From Candidatus Multivorans sp. (GTDB lineage: Bacteria > Acidobacteriota > Thermoanaerobaculia > Multivoradales > Multivoraceae): a DNA stretch of 64,000 nt. Each line of letters opens with the position of its first letter. Within the stretch, counting starts at the first letter, position 1. Under the pieces are notes generated by a model. The model ran no database searches. It saw nothing but the letters and a program-made list of their open reading frames with translations, and was not told the origin of the DNA. The position numbers were made by a program, and so were the translations under genes. This document shows, one piece after another, positions 39,313 through 49,489 of the stretch. Location: NCBI GenBank assembly GCA_965203495.1, contig CBDBDB010000002.1:3115-67114 (forward strand), written 5' to 3'.

Positions 39313-40851
39313 CTAGTTGAACTGTTCCCGCAGCAACCGCTTCAGGATCTTCCCCGACGGATTGCGGGGCAACTGGTCGATGAAGTGAACGGCGACCGGT
39401 TGCTTGAAGCGGGCCAGCTTGTCCTGGCAGAACTCCAGAATCTCCTCGCCTTCGAGGCTCTCGTCGGAGCGGACGACGATCGCGACCGGGGACTCGCCCC
39501 ACGTCTCGCTCTCGCGGCCGATGACGCCGACCTCGAGCACCTTGGGGTGGCGGCCGATGACCTCTTCGAGCTCCGCGGGATAGACGTTCTCGCCGCCGGA
39601 GATGATCATGTCCTTCAGCCGGTCCTGGATGTAGACGAAACCGTCCTCATCCATCACCGCGCCGTCGCCGGTGCGGAGCCAGCCGTCGACGACCGTCTCG
39701 GCCGTGGCCTCCGGCCGGTTCCAGTACTCCTTCATCAGGTGGCGGCCAGCGACCAGGACCTCGCCCGCCTCGCCGGGAGCGCAGTCTGCGCCGTCGTTGT
39801 CGACGACCCGCACGGAGGTATGAAAGAAGGCCTTGCCGGTCGAACCGGCCTTTCTGATCGCGTCTTCCGGCGAGATCACGCAGGCCGGGCCGCAAGTCTC
39901 GGTCAGGCCGTAGACCTGGTGGACCTCGATGCCCAGGTTGTCGTAAGCCTCGATCAGGCTGACCGGCACCGGCGCCGCGCCGCTCATGCACCAGCGGAGC
40001 CGCTCGTGCCCGCAACGCTCCGGGTCGTGGACCTGGAGCATGAAGTTGAGCATCGCCGGGACCTTCAGCATGATGTCGATCTTCTCTTCGCTGACCAGCT
40101 GCCAGACCCGGACGGGATCGAAGGAGCGCATCACGACGCTGGTGCAGCCGGCGTGCACGTTGCAGGTCGCAGGGGTCAAGGCGCCGACGTGGAAGAGCGG
40201 CAGGGAGACCAGAAAACGGTCGCCGTAGCGGAAATCCGTGGTCGCCATGATCGTCAGGGACGCCCACAGCGCGGACTCGTGCGTGTGGACCGCGCCCTTG
40301 GGAAGACCGGTCGTTCCCGAGGTGTACATGATGTAGAGCAGGTCGCTGTTCGCGGCCGCGATCTCGGGCTCGCCGGCGCTCGCCGCCGTCGTCGCGTCGA
40401 GGTACGACAGGCAACCGTCGGGCCGCTGCTCGTCCGGGCCGACGTGGAGCCAGCGCTTGACGTTCGTGCCGTTCTCGCCGCCGCCGCGCGCGATCAGGTC
40501 CAGCGCCTGGGGCCGAAACTCGTCGCCGAAGATCAGCGTCCCGGCGCCGGCGTCGCGGATGATGAAGGAGAGTTCCTCGGGCGTCAGCCGCCAGTTGAGC
40601 GGCACGCAGACGGCGCCGATCTTGGCGACCGCGAAGAAGGTCTCCATGTACTCGACGCTGTTCATCAGCAGCAGCGCCACGCAGTCGCCCTTGCCCACGC
40701 CGAGTGCCCGGAGCGCGTTGGCGGTCCGGTTCGAGCGGAGGTTCCACTCCGCGAACGTGAAGCGGCGGTCGCCATCGACGTCGACGAAGCCCTCCATGTC
40801 CGGCGACAGGGAGGCGCGCTTGGTCAGGATGAGTCCGACGTTGTCTTGCAT
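39313..40851 (-). CDS. Long-chain fatty acid-CoA ligase
   Basis: YTSGTTGLPKG, YGLTET, GWLRTGD, DRLKDMIISGGENVYPAELE, LPRNPSGKILK. Confidence 0.93.
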   Translation of the reverse strand: MQDNVGLILTKRASLSPDMEGFVDVDGDRRFTFAEWNLRSNRTANALRALGVGKGDCVALLLMNSVEYMETFFAVAKIGAVCVPLNWRLTPEELSFIIRDAGAGTLIFGDEFRPQALDLIARGGGENGTNVKRWLHVGPDEQRPDGCLSYLDATTAASAGEPEIAAANSDLLYIMYTSGTTGLPKGAVHTHESALWASLTIMATTDFRYGDRFLVSLPLFHVGALTPATCNVHAGCTSVVMRSFDPVRVWQLVSEEKIDIMLKVPAMLNFMLQVHDPERCGHERLRWCMSGAAPVPVSLIEAYDNLGIEVHQVYGLTETCGPACVISPEDAIRKAGSTGKAFFHTSVRVVDNDGADCAPGEAGEVLVAGRHLMKEYWNRPEATAETVVDGWLRTGDGAVMDEDGFVYIQDRLKDMIISGGENVYPAELEEVIGRHPKVLEVGVIGRESETWGESPVAIVVRSDESLEGEEILEFCQDKLARFKQPVAVHFIDQLPRNPSGKILKRLLREQFN

Positions 40852-40920
40852 GGGCTTCTTCTCCTCAGGCGCTCAGCGACTTGCTGCCAGCCAAGCTAGC
40901 AGGTGCGCCGCCGTCGGGCT

Positions 40921-40973
40921 GCGCCGTCGCGCAGGGAACACACCCCTGAAGGCCGACGAGGGCGTCGGCGCAC
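40921..40973 (+). repeat. 53-bp double-hairpin repeat, copy 1 (inverted copy at 43980-44032)
   Basis: 48/53 identity by hand. Contains the hairpin GCCGACG-AGGG-CGTCGGC. Confidence 0.85.
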
Positions 40974-41045
40974 CCAGGGCGAGGCTGTTCGTTCCTTGCA
41001 ACCCTCGGCGTGACGGACCGGGCGCCCGACGTTCGCCACGGGCTG

Positions 41046-42185
41046 CTAGACCGAGCGCTCGGCCAGCCATTCCTCGAGGCGCGGCTACAGGCGGCGCACC
41101 GCGTTCGCCCCGGCGACCAGACTGACGTGGCCGCCCTTCAGCACGAGTTCCCGCTTGTCCTCGGCGCCGACCATTTCGACCAGGTCGCGGGCCGCCTCGT
41201 ACGGCACGATGTGGTCGTGCTCCGCGACGACGTGAATGAAGGGAACCCGGATGTTCGAGAGGTCGACGAGCCTGCCGTCCAGCCGGAATTCGCCCTTCAT
41301 CAGCAGGTTCCGCTGTTGGAGCTCCTTCGTCGTCTGACGGAAGCACTCGCCCGGAAAGGGGATCTGGTCGGCTGCCCAGCGCTGGAGCCTGCGGTACGAC
41401 GTGACGAACTCGTCGTTCCACATGTTGTCCCAGAGCCGCACCCGGCCCGCGACCTGTGACGCCGGACGCAGGGCGTTGAAGGAGGCGTAGAGCATCTGCG
41501 GCGGAACGTTGCCCAGTCGGTCGACGATCCGGTCGACGTCGAAGTGGGCCGGATCGGTCCAGGTCCTGAACAGGCCCATCCCGTCGTAGTTGACGGGCGT
41601 CGTGAAGCAGGCCAGATTGCGCAACCGCCCGCCGGACGACACGTCGGGATGAAGCGCCGCGTAGAGCGCGGCGAGAAGACCGCCCATGCAGTAGCCGACG
41701 ATCGAGACGTCCGGCTCGCCGCTCCGCTCGTGAACGACCTCGACGCACTCGGGAATGAAGTCGAGCACGTAGTCCTCGAGACGCAGGCGGCTGTCCTCGG
41801 ACCGGGGCGTGCCCCAGTCGATCATGTAGACGTCAAAACCGCGGTCGAGCAGAAACTCGATCAGGCTGTGGCCCGGGGCCAGGTCGAGAATGTAGGGCTT
41901 GCTGATCAGGGACATGACCAGCAGGATCGGTGTCCGATACACGTCGTCCACCCGCGCCCGATAGTGGTACAGGCGGAGGACGCCCCGGCTGTGGACCGCG
42001 TCCTTCGTCGTCAGGCCTACTCCCGGATCGCCTGTCGAGATGTACTCGAGACCATTGAAGCGTCGACGGACGGCGCGCTCGACCTCGCGCCGGACGCTCC
42101 GCGCCACGTCCTGGGCGGCGTCGACGGCCCCATCCAGGACCGGCGTCTCTCCTCGGCCCGACGCGCCGCCCGGCGGACTGGTCAT
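41046..42185 (-). CDS. phaC: PHA synthase catalytic subunit, class III type; premature TAG at 41085-41087
   Basis: Lipase box GYCMGG, AEHDHIVP (Asp), GGHVSL (His), PYILDL, DVYMIDWG. The frame continues after the TAG: AVRRL*PRLEEWLAERSV*. Confidence 0.92.
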
Positions 42186-42649
42186 TCCGAGGCCGTCTCG
42201 CCCGCGGAAGCCGCCGGAATCTCGGTCACCCGCTGCTCCCCGGGACCCTGGGACGCCGCCTCCGCCGGCCGCCGGGGCGGCGGACGGCGGGTGCGAGCCG
42301 GCTGCCGCGGCGTCGGCTTCGCGTCGCCCTTCCGGCCGATGGCCTCGGCCAGCAGCCCCTCGATCCGCAGCAGCCTCTCCTCCACCGCCGTCAGCCGCTC
42401 CGCCAGTTCGCCGAGATCGTTGCGCGTCGGGAGGTTCACCGCCTGGAAGTAGCGTTGCGCGCCCTCGTTCACTGTCTGCTGGAACATGGCCATCGCCTCG
42501 ACCCAGCCGCCCGAGGCGCGGGCGAACTGCTCGGTGCTCATCATGTCGTTGAACACCTTGTTCATCTGGTGTTCGGACTGGGTGACCCACTCGCGCCAGG
42601 CGGCGAACGGGTCGGGCGGCGGCTTCGAAGGCGGGCGGTCGTCGGCCAT
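42182..42649 (-). CDS. phaE: PHA synthase PhaE-like second subunit
   Basis: DPFAAWREW, NLPTRNDLGELAERLTAVEERL. Coupled to phaC by an ATGA overlap. Confidence 0.75.
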   Translation of the reverse strand: MADDRPPSKPPPDPFAAWREWVTQSEHQMNKVFNDMMSTEQFARASGGWVEAMAMFQQTVNEGAQRYFQAVNLPTRNDLGELAERLTAVEERLLRIEGLLAEAIGRKGDAKPTPRQPARTRRPPPRRPAEAASQGPGEQRVTEIPAASAGETASE

Positions 42650-42659
42650 GACGTCGCCT

Positions 42660-42995
42660 CTAGTAGGACGACTCCTCCGTCTGCGCGGTGAGCGAATCGA
42701 GGTAGCTGTTCGCTAGGCCGAAGCTGGCGTCGACCGCGGAGCGGTAGGAGCTGCGGCCGTCCTGGAACAGCCGAATCCACTCCTGGACCAGTCCCTTGGC
42801 CTCCGCCGGAAGCCGCTCGGAGTTCTCGGTCCACCTGGCGACCGCCTCTTCGCTACGCTCCTGCATGGAAGCCACCATATCGAAGCTCGTGTCGAAGGCG
42901 CGCTTCTGGAAGTCGAGCGCTCGTCGGTTGGCGTCGATCATCGCTCCGCGCAGAGGCCGGCTCGGGCTGGTTGTCGTGGTCGTGCTGGTCGTCAT
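42660..42995 (-). CDS. Phasin-like granule-associated protein
   Basis: Small amphipathic helical protein (ALDFQKRAFDTSFDMVASMQE) with an AGGAG RBS, inside the PHA cluster. Confidence 0.65.
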   Translation of the reverse strand: MTTSTTTTTSPSRPLRGAMIDANRRALDFQKRAFDTSFDMVASMQERSEEAVARWTENSERLPAEAKGLVQEWIRLFQDGRSSYRSAVDASFGLANSYLDSLTAQTEESSY

Positions 42996-43129
42996 CCGTA
43001 ATCTCCTGAGTGGTACGATCCGTTGCTCGGACGACCCACGCGCCCCGGCCCCTCAAGGGACCTCCGGCGCGCAGGCCGACTTCGAAGATTGCACGGCAAC
43101 GGCCGCCTTGGTTGACGGCACCCTCTTTG

Positions 43130-43169
43130 TGCAGTGCAGCAAGAACTCTGCACATTATGCTGCGCTGTG
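43130..43169. promoter_or_regulatory. Putative PhaR operator between the divergent phasin and phaR genes
   Basis: TGCAGTGCAGCA at 43130-43141 and an inverted partial copy at 43158-43169 match the TGC-rich TGCRNYGCASMA-type consensus I recall for alphaproteobacterial PhaR. Confidence 0.55.
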
Positions 43170-43185
43170 TCAACCCCCCCTCCGC

Positions 43186-43767
43186 ATGACCGACCCGATC
43201 GTCATCAAGAAGTACGAGAACCGCCGGCTCTACGACACCCACAGCAGCCGCTACGTGAATCTCGACGGCGTCGCCGAACTCGTCCGCGGCGGCCGGGACA
43301 TCCAGGTCCTCGACTCGAGGACGGGAGAGGACGTCACCCGTCACGTCCTGACCCAGATCATCGTCGACGGCGCGAAGGATCCCGAGCAAGGACCGCCGCT
43401 CGAGTTCCTCCGCGACCTGGTGCGGACGCGGGACCAGGCGGGCCGGGACTTCTTCCAGTGGTACCTGAAGAGCGCCGGCGAGGTCTACGAACGGATGCGG
43501 GAGACGATGCGGCGCAGCCCGTTCGCGCCGGATCCGTCCTGGATGCGGCTCTGGGACCCTCGCGCCATGGCGGAGGAGATGCACGCGAAGATGACGCGGC
43601 AGATGGAAGCGGTGTTCGGCGGAACCGGCGGCGGAAAGACGCGGGAACGCCCGGTCCCCGCGCTCCCGACGGCCGTGCGGAAGGACGACGGCGACGCCGC
43701 CCGCGCCGAACTCGATGAGCTGAAGAGGCGGCTCCAGGACCTCGAGCGGCGCCTCGCGGACAGCTAG
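43186..43767 (+). CDS. phaR: PHA synthesis regulator/repressor
   Basis: IVIKKYENRRLYDTHSSRYVNLDGVAELVRGG...DSRTGEDVTRHVLTQII. Confidence 0.93.
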   Translation: MTDPIVIKKYENRRLYDTHSSRYVNLDGVAELVRGGRDIQVLDSRTGEDVTRHVLTQIIVDGAKDPEQGPPLEFLRDLVRTRDQAGRDFFQWYLKSAGEVYERMRETMRRSPFAPDPSWMRLWDPRAMAEEMHAKMTRQMEAVFGGTGGGKTRERPVPALPTAVRKDDGDAARAELDELKRRLQDLERRLADS

Positions 43768-43780
43768 CCCGCACATCTCG

Positions 43781-43837
43781 CCGATCTCCTGTTGCGGCTG
43801 CGGATCGGCTCGCCGTAGCGGCACCGTCTCCCTCGCG
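43781..43837 (+). repeat. Dispersed 57-bp intergenic repeat, copy B
   Basis: Matches the reverse complement of 16305-16361 at 52/57. Confidence 0.85.
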
Positions 43838-43979
43838 GGCGACGTGTCGGCGTTCCCGGAGGCCTGCGGCCCGTAGCGCGTCCGGAGCCCGGCGCTTCGC
43901 GCCGGATGCCGGCGGGGACGCCCGGGGCGCCCAGTCTGTTCTGCCGCGGGTTCTGCATGGAGCAAACACGGCGCACCGT

Positions 43980-44032
43980 GTGCGCCGACGCCCTCGTCGG
44001 CCTTCCGGGGTGTATTCCCCGCACGACAGCGC
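43980..44032 (-). repeat. 53-bp double-hairpin repeat, copy 2
   Basis: Inverted copy of 40921-40973. Confidence 0.85.
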
Positions 44033-44180
44033 GGCTCCGCGGCTGCGAACGCTGCCAGGACTGAGCCGCCCGCCACTCGCTGCGGCGCGATGCCCGAGGA
44101 CGGCGGTCGTCGAGGCGCCGGCGTCGCGTAGAGTACCGGCCGTCGACAACCACTGAACCCACACACGGAGACAGGCAGAG

Positions 44181-45092
44181 ATGGGAATCCTCGACGGCAG
44201 GTCTGCGATCGTCACCGGCGCCGGCCGCGGCATCGGCAAGGGAATCGCGCTCAAGTTCGCGGAAGAGGGCGCCAACGTCGTGGTCAACGACCTGGGCAGC
44301 GCAACCGACGGCACCGGCGGATCGCGGATCGCCGACGAAGTGGTCGACGAGATTCGCGGCGCCGGCGGTTCGGCGGTTCCGAACCACGATTCCGTGGCCA
44401 CGGTCGAGGGCGGTCGAAACATCTTCCAGACGGCGGTCGACGCGTTCGGCGGCCTGGACATCCTGGTCAACAACGCGGGCATCCTGCGCGACCGGACGAT
44501 CTTCAAGCTGGACGAGGCGGACTGGGACGCGGTGCTCGACGTCCACCTGAAGGGCCACTACTGCTGCATCCGGCCGTTCGCCCGCTACATCCGGGAAACG
44601 AACCGCACCGGCTGCCGGATCATCAACTTCTCGTCCGTGTCGGGCCTCTACGGCAACTTCGGCCAGTCGAACTACGGGGCCGCCAAGGCGGGAATCGCCG
44701 GACTGTCGCGCGTGCTGGCGCTGGAACTCGCCAAGTACGGCTGCACCGTCAACACGATCTCGCCCGGGGCCACGACCCGCATGACGGCGGACCTCCGGGC
44801 CTCGCGCGGCATGGAGGTCGACGAGGACGCGCCGGAGCAGAGCCCGAATCAGATCGCGCCGGTCTGCGCCTGGCTGGCATCCGACGCCGGCAGGGACATG
44901 ACCGCCCAGATCATCGACGTCATGCGGGGCTGGATCGGCATCATGCAGCAGCCCAAGGTGATCCGGAAGTTCAGCAAGGACGGCATGTGGGACAACCGCG
45001 ACATCGACCTGATCATGCCGCAGCTCCTCAAGGCGAAGCAGGACCACGACGCCGCGGTCGACGCGGGGGCGGAACCGACGCCGGTAGGCTGA
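44181..45092 (+). CDS. SDR family oxidoreductase (MFE-2 type 3-hydroxyacyl-CoA dehydrogenase-like)
   Basis: TGAGRGIG, VVVNDLG, NNAGILRD, GNFGQSNYGAAK (YxxxK). Confidence 0.9.
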   Translation: MGILDGRSAIVTGAGRGIGKGIALKFAEEGANVVVNDLGSATDGTGGSRIADEVVDEIRGAGGSAVPNHDSVATVEGGRNIFQTAVDAFGGLDILVNNAGILRDRTIFKLDEADWDAVLDVHLKGHYCCIRPFARYIRETNRTGCRIINFSSVSGLYGNFGQSNYGAAKAGIAGLSRVLALELAKYGCTVNTISPGATTRMTADLRASRGMEVDEDAPEQSPNQIAPVCAWLASDAGRDMTAQIIDVMRGWIGIMQQPKVIRKFSKDGMWDNRDIDLIMPQLLKAKQDHDAAVDAGAEPTPVG

Positions 45093-45107
45093 CCCCCAAT
45101 CGGGCGA

Positions 45108-45344
45108 TCAAGTCAACCAGCGGACGTACCAGGGCGCTCCGTCGACCTTGAGCTGTTCCTTGTGGCGCTGGCGCTCCAGCTTCCGCAGAAACGCCTCGCC
45201 CTTGTCGAAGCAGCAGTCCTTGTACTTCCTGCCGCTGCCGCACGGGCAGGGTTCGTTGCGCTGCACCTTGTTGAAGCGCCGCGGCGCCGTGACCACCGAC
45301 CTGCGGGTCGAGATCGCGTTGCTCAGCCGTCGTCCGCCCTTCAT
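45108..45344 (-). CDS. Small SEC-C motif protein
   Basis: KVQRNEPCPCGSGRKYKDCC. Confidence 0.85.
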   Translation of the reverse strand: MKGGRRLSNAISTRRSVVTAPRRFNKVQRNEPCPCGSGRKYKDCCFDKGEAFLRKLERQRHKEQLKVDGAPWYVRWLT

Positions 45345-45441
45345 TGACTCACCGTCGCCCTTCGTGTGTCCTCGATCCCGCGCCGCCTCCCGACCCCGGA
45401 AGGGGCGACCCGCTCCAGCCGCTGTTATATAACAGCCGACC

Positions 45442-46752
45442 GTGAGAATCTGCGTCGTCGGCGCCGGCTACGTCGGCTTGGTCACGGGCGCCTGCCTCGC
45501 CGACTTCGGCATGGAGGTCGTCTGCGTCGACCAGGACGAGTCGAAGATCGCGCAGCTTCAGGCCGGCGACATCCCGATATACGAACCCGGCCTCAAGACC
45601 CTGGTCGCCAAGAACGAGGAAGCCGGACGGCTCGGCTTCACCACGGAACTGGCGCCGGCGCTCGAGTCCGCGGTCGCCGTGTTCATCGCGGTCGGCACTC
45701 CGCCCCGCGAGGACGGCTCGTCCGATCTCCGCTACGTGCGGGACGTGGCCCGGGCGATTGCGGGCCAGCTCAGCGGCTACAAGGCGATCGTCACCAAGAG
45801 CACGGTGCCGGTGGGGACGGGCCGGATGATCGAGGAGATCATCGGCTCGGGCCGCTGCCGCAGCTTCTCCGTCGTCAGCAACCCCGAGTTCCTGCGCGAG
45901 GGTTCGGCCATCGAGGACTTCATGCGCCCCGACCGACTCGTCATCGGCAGCCGCGATCAGCGCGCGACGAACATCATGCTGGAGATCTACTCTCCGCTCC
46001 GCGCCCGCGGCGTCCCGATCGTCGTCACGGACATAGAAACCGCGGAGATGATCAAGTACGCCTCGAACAGCTTTCTGGCCACCCGCATCTCCTTCATCAA
46101 CGAAGTGGCGGAACTGTGCGAACGAACCGGCGCCGACGTGCAGGTGGTCGCCCACGGCATGGGACTGGACCGGCGGATCGGGCCGTTGTTCCTGCGACCG
46201 GGACCGGGGTTCGGCGGTTCCTGCTTCCCCAAGGACACGCGCGCCATGGCGTCGATGGCCCGGGACGCGGGCGCCCGGGTCCAGATCGTCGAGGCGACCC
46301 TCGAGGTCAATCGCAGGGTTCAGAAGCGGATGCTGACCAGGATCGAGGCCGCGCTCGGCGACCCCAGGGGGCGAACCGTCGCCATGCTCGGCCTGGCGTT
46401 CAAGCCCGATACGGACGACATCCGCGAGTCTCCGGCTCTGTTCGTGCTGGATCGCCTCCTGTCCGGAGGCGCCGCCGTGCGCGCGTACGATCCGGCCGCA
46501 ATGGACAACGCCCGCCGCCTGCGGCCCGAGGCGATCTACTGCGGCGATCCCTACGAGGCCGCCGAGGGCGCCGACCTTCTGGCCATCCTCACCGAGTGGA
46601 ACCAGTTCCGCGCACTCGAGTTCGACCGTCTCCGCCGCCTGCTGCGCGAGCCGTCGATCGTCGATCTCCGCAACCTCTACGAGCCGGAACGAGTGGCCGC
46701 CGCCGGCTTCCGGTACGCCTCGCTCGGCAGAGCCGACGGAATTCCCGGATGA
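45442..46752 (+). CDS. ugd: UDP-glucose 6-dehydrogenase
   Basis: [48 protein letters not shown]. Confidence 0.95.
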   Translation: MRICVVGAGYVGLVTGACLADFGMEVVCVDQDESKIAQLQAGDIPIYEPGLKTLVAKNEEAGRLGFTTELAPALESAVAVFIAVGTPPREDGSSDLRYVRDVARAIAGQLSGYKAIVTKSTVPVGTGRMIEEIIGSGRCRSFSVVSNPEFLREGSAIEDFMRPDRLVIGSRDQRATNIMLEIYSPLRARGVPIVVTDIETAEMIKYASNSFLATRISFINEVAELCERTGADVQVVAHGMGLDRRIGPLFLRPGPGFGGSCFPKDTRAMASMARDAGARVQIVEATLEVNRRVQKRMLTRIEAALGDPRGRTVAMLGLAFKPDTDDIRESPALFVLDRLLSGGAAVRAYDPAAMDNARRLRPEAIYCGDPYEAAEGADLLAILTEWNQFRALEFDRLRRLLREPSIVDLRNLYEPERVAAAGFRYASLGRADGIPG

Positions 46753-47714
46753 GCCAGCCGCTCTCCGTCGTCACCGGCGGAGCCGGGTTCATCGGCTCCC
46801 ACCTCTGCGAACGGCTGCTCGCCGAGGGGCACCGCGTCTACTGCGTCGACAACTTCATCACGGGCAACCCGGCGAACATCAAGCACCTGCGCGACGACGA
46901 GCGCTTCACCCTGATCGAGCACGACGTCAGCAAGCCGGTCTACGTCGGGCCCCACGTGGACAACGTCCTCCACTTCGCCTCCCCCGCCAGCCCGGTCGAC
47001 TACCTGGAGCTCCCGATCCAGACGCTCAAGGTCGGATCGCTCGGCACCCACAACTCGCTCGGCCTGGCTAGGCGCCACGACGCCCGCTACCTGCTTGCCT
47101 CGACCTCGGAGGTCTACGGCGATCCCCTCGTCCACCCGCAGCCGGAGTCCTACTGGGGCAACGCGAACCCCGTCGGTCCGCGCGGCGTCTACGACGAAGC
47201 GAAGCGCTTCGCGGAGGCGATGGTCATGGCCTACCACCGGATTCACCGCCTGGACACGCGGATCGTCCGCATCTTCAACACCTACGGGCCGAGAATGCGG
47301 CTCCGCGACGGCCGCGTCGTGCCCAACTTCATCCGCCAGGCCCTCTCCGGCAAGCCCCTGACGGTCTACGGCGACGGCGCCCAGACCCGCTCCTTCTGCT
47401 ACATCGACGACCTCGTGGAGGGAGTCTGGAGGCTCCTCGACTCCTCGGAGACCGATCCGGTCAACCTGGGCAATCCGCGCGAGATGACCGTGCTCGAGTT
47501 CGCCCGGGTGATCCAGGACCTGACCGGACGCCGGAGCGAAATCGAGTACCGGCCCCTGCCCGTCGACGATCCGAAGACGCGCCAGCCCGACATCGGCCGA
47601 GCCACGAGTCTGCTCGGCTGGTCGCCCCGGATCGACCTGGAGACCGGCCTCGACAAGACGATCCGCCACTTCGCGGCGCTGCTTGACGGACAGGGCCAGC
47701 AGCCCGAGCGGTAG
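46749..47714 (+). CDS. UDP-glucuronate decarboxylase (UDP-xylose synthase-like)
   Basis: [53 protein letters not shown]. Confidence 0.92.
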   Translation: MSQPLSVVTGGAGFIGSHLCERLLAEGHRVYCVDNFITGNPANIKHLRDDERFTLIEHDVSKPVYVGPHVDNVLHFASPASPVDYLELPIQTLKVGSLGTHNSLGLARRHDARYLLASTSEVYGDPLVHPQPESYWGNANPVGPRGVYDEAKRFAEAMVMAYHRIHRLDTRIVRIFNTYGPRMRLRDGRVVPNFIRQALSGKPLTVYGDGAQTRSFCYIDDLVEGVWRLLDSSETDPVNLGNPREMTVLEFARVIQDLTGRRSEIEYRPLPVDDPKTRQPDIGRATSLLGWSPRIDLETGLDKTIRHFAALLDGQGQQPER

Positions 47715-47738
47715 GGTCGGACCGAAGGAACGGCAAGG

Positions 47739-48689
47739 ATGCGCACGGCAATCGGCATCGGGAGCGCCTACGCCTCCGGAACGAACTGGGATGCCCTGGC
47801 GGAGTACGTCGTCGAGGCGGACCGCATGGGCATCGACGATGTCTGGTCGGCCGAAGCCTGGGGCACGGACGCAGTCACTCCGCTCGCCTTTCTCGCCGGG
47901 CGCACCGAGCGCGTTCGCCTGGGCACCGGGATCATGCAGATCTCGGCGCGGGCGCCGTCGATGACCGCCATGACCGCGATGTCGCTGGCCTCGATTTCGA
48001 AGGACCGCTTCGTGCTCGGCCTCGGCGTCAGCGGTCCTCAGGTGGTCGAGGGGCTCCACGGCGTGCCCTTCGCCATGCCGCTGGGCCGTTTGCGCGAGTA
48101 CATCGACATCCTGAAGATCGCCCTGTCGGGCGAGAAGATCGTCTACGACGGCAGGCACTACGTCCTGCCCCGTCCGGGAGGCGAGGGGAAGGCGATCCGC
48201 ATGTCGCAACCTCCGCGACCCGAACTGCCGATCTATCTCGCGACCCTCGGACCGAAGTCCCTGGAGTACACCGGCGAAGTCGCCGACGGCTGGCTGGGCA
48301 CGTCCTTCATCCCGGAGCACACCGAGGCCTTCTTCCCGTCCATGCGAGCGGGCGCCGAGCGAGTCGGCAGATCGTTCGGGGACATCGACATCCAGGTCGG
48401 CGGCGACGTCGAGTTCGGCGACGACCTGGAGCGGATGGCGGCCCGCCGCAAGCCGGTGATGGCCTTCACGCTCGGCGCCATGGGCTCGGCGCGGGTTCCG
48501 GACGAAATGGTGCTCGGCGCCGCTCTGATCGGCGACGAGGCCCGCCTGCGCGAGCGCATTCGCGCCTACCGCAACGCCGGCGTCACCACGCTGCGCCTCA
48601 ACCCCGCCGGAGACGCCGTCCGCGAGCGGCTCGACACCCTGGGCAGATTCCTGGAGCTGGTCCGCGAGGAAACGTCCCCGGCCGCATGA
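47739..48689 (+). CDS. LLM-class oxidoreductase with an apparent in-frame internal deletion
   Basis: AEAWGTD, LGLGVSGPQVVEGLHG. GAMGSAR is joined directly to VPDEMV. Confidence 0.85.
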   Translation: MRTAIGIGSAYASGTNWDALAEYVVEADRMGIDDVWSAEAWGTDAVTPLAFLAGRTERVRLGTGIMQISARAPSMTAMTAMSLASISKDRFVLGLGVSGPQVVEGLHGVPFAMPLGRLREYIDILKIALSGEKIVYDGRHYVLPRPGGEGKAIRMSQPPRPELPIYLATLGPKSLEYTGEVADGWLGTSFIPEHTEAFFPSMRAGAERVGRSFGDIDIQVGGDVEFGDDLERMAARRKPVMAFTLGAMGSARVPDEMVLGAALIGDEARLRERIRAYRNAGVTTLRLNPAGDAVRERLDTLGRFLELVREETSPAA

Positions 48690-49366
48690 GCTTTCCGGCG
48701 CGGCACGGCTCGAAACTCCTCGCGCACGCCGAGCGGAACCTGGGGCGTTTCGAGCGGCGAGCGCTCGACCCAGAAGCCGCGGCGGCCCGGGCCGCGGAGG
48801 CTTCTGGCCACACCGGCGCGGCGCCGGCCAACGCGCACGCCGCGGTCGCCGTGACGCTGCTGCCGGACAAGGGCGGCCGCGGTTGCTTCCTGCTCACGCG
48901 GCGGTCGCTACGGCTGCGGCGGCACCGCGGCCAGTGGGCTCTGCCGGGCGGCCGGATCGACGAGACGGAGACACCCGAGCAGGCGGCGCTTCGCGAACTC
49001 CACGAAGAGGTCGGTCTGGACCTCGACTCCTCCGCCGTCCTCGGCCGACTCGACGACTTCGGCGCCAGGTCCGGGTTCATCATCACGCCGGTCGTCCTCT
49101 GGTGCCGCGACTACCGCGAACTGGCGCCGAATCCGGCCGAGGTCCACCGGGCCTACCGCATTCCCCTGATCGACCTGGACCGGCCGGACGTGCCGGTGCT
49201 TCGCGAGATCCCGGAGAGCAAGAACCCCGTGCTCTCCATGCCGATTCGCGGCGGCCTCGTCCATTCGCCGACCGCGGCGATCGTCTACCAGATGCTCGAG
49301 GTCGTGCTCCGCGGCAACGACGTCCGCGTGGCCCACTACGAGCAACCGGTCTTCGCCTGGCGCTGA
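48686..49366 (+). CDS. Nudix hydrolase (CoA pyrophosphatase-like)
   Basis: Nudix box GQWALPGGRIDETETPEQAALRELHEEVGL; NPAEV. Confidence 0.9.
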   Translation: MSFPARHGSKLLAHAERNLGRFERRALDPEAAAARAAEASGHTGAAPANAHAAVAVTLLPDKGGRGCFLLTRRSLRLRRHRGQWALPGGRIDETETPEQAALRELHEEVGLDLDSSAVLGRLDDFGARSGFIITPVVLWCRDYRELAPNPAEVHRAYRIPLIDLDRPDVPVLREIPESKNPVLSMPIRGGLVHSPTAAIVYQMLEVVLRGNDVRVAHYEQPVFAWR

Positions 49367-49454
49367 CCGGCCGGCCGCGGGCCGACCTCTGGACCTGCGT
49401 CCCGGCAGCGGCCGTCAAGCAGGCGCGGCGTGGAAGCGGCGTGGGGGCCGACGG

Positions 49455-49483
49455 TTGACACCTGATGCGTGATGCGTGATGCT
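49455..49483 (+). promoter_or_regulatory. vapBC promoter with a tandem operator
   Basis: TTGACA (49455-49460), 17-bp spacer, GATGCT. Three TGATGC(G/T) direct repeats overlap the spacer and the -10 box. Confidence 0.6.
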
Positions 49484-49489
49484 CACGGC

